This document shows positions 63,346-64,000 of a stretch of DNA of 64,000 nt, piece by piece. Position numbers and translations under genes: made by a program. Position 1 is the stretch's first letter. Each line of letters begins with the position of its first letter. The stretch lies in the NCBI RefSeq assembly GCF_006345805.1, contig NC_043003.1:98518001-98582000 (forward strand). The letters are read 5' to 3'. The notes under the pieces were generated by a model. It ran no database searches. It was given only the letters and a program-made list of their open reading frames with translations, and was not told where the DNA came from. Source of the stretch: Octopus sinensis. Taxonomy: Eukaryota.

Positions 63346-64000
63346 ATTTTCATGGAAAATATTATGTGCTACCACATAGGTATTATGGCAATTCTCCTCT
63401 GTGTCTCATTTTGTGTGTCTGTCTGTCTATCTGTCCGATTGCCTCTTTGTCTGTCTGCCTGTATGCCTGTCTATCTGTCTACCTTTCTCTCTCTCTCTCT
63501 CTCAAAGTATATGGATGTGACAGCCTGCTCTTTTATGGCAAACCTTACTACTTCTGCTGTTGTATATTAGACTGTATCGCTGTGTGTTTTTATTTTTGCG
63601 GCAAGTGTATGGCAGATACACAGACATACATGCACATACCGAACACATAGGCACACACATACAGGCACAAATGCAAAAGCAAGCGCTGACAAGGGTAAGT
63701 ACCACAGAAAGACGAGAAAAACTAAACAAAATAAAGCCAGAAAGAAGACACAAATAGTCATTGAGGTTACAGAATGTGTAACGAAAGAGCGTTGACAAAA
63801 TAACCAATAATAATAATAATAAAGCTGAAGAAAAAGTGAAATAGTGCGTATGTTTATTGGCAAAATGGCCGTCCTCAAATATAACAATACACACATACAT
63901 ATAAATATATGCATAAATATAAATATACATATACATATAAATACATACGTGCATACACACACACACATCAAATATCCGTCTATATCTTATGTTAATTCCC

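Overview
AT-rich, microsatellite-saturated eukaryotic non-coding DNA, most likely intronic or intergenic sequence from an octopus. That assignment is inferred from the SINE families and the very high simple-repeat load; it is not a database result. No host gene can be identified with confidence, and nearly all ORFs in the supplied track are translations of simple repeats. Recognisable content: (1) three abundant tRNA-derived SINE families, here called A, B and C, plus a probable fourth; (2) decayed LINE pieces (CR1/L2-group RT, L1/Tx1 ORF2, an R4/Dong-like 3' end, a Penelope-like ORF piece); (3) four mariner relics, one full length with TIRs; (4) a head-to-tail non-autonomous Helitron pair; (5) many short fold-back (inverted-repeat) elements; (6) a 1.9 kb GGT/AGT/GGC higher-order triplet array. 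The most interesting signal is a set of short dispersed elements carrying degenerate minimal type I hammerhead-ribozyme-like motifs (CYGANGA-hairpin-GAAA followed by a self-complementary helix III and an NUH triplet), the architecture known from Penelope-like elements. These include inverted pairs and one direct pair 325 nt apart. All folds were read by eye, and coordinates of diverged repeats are approximate.
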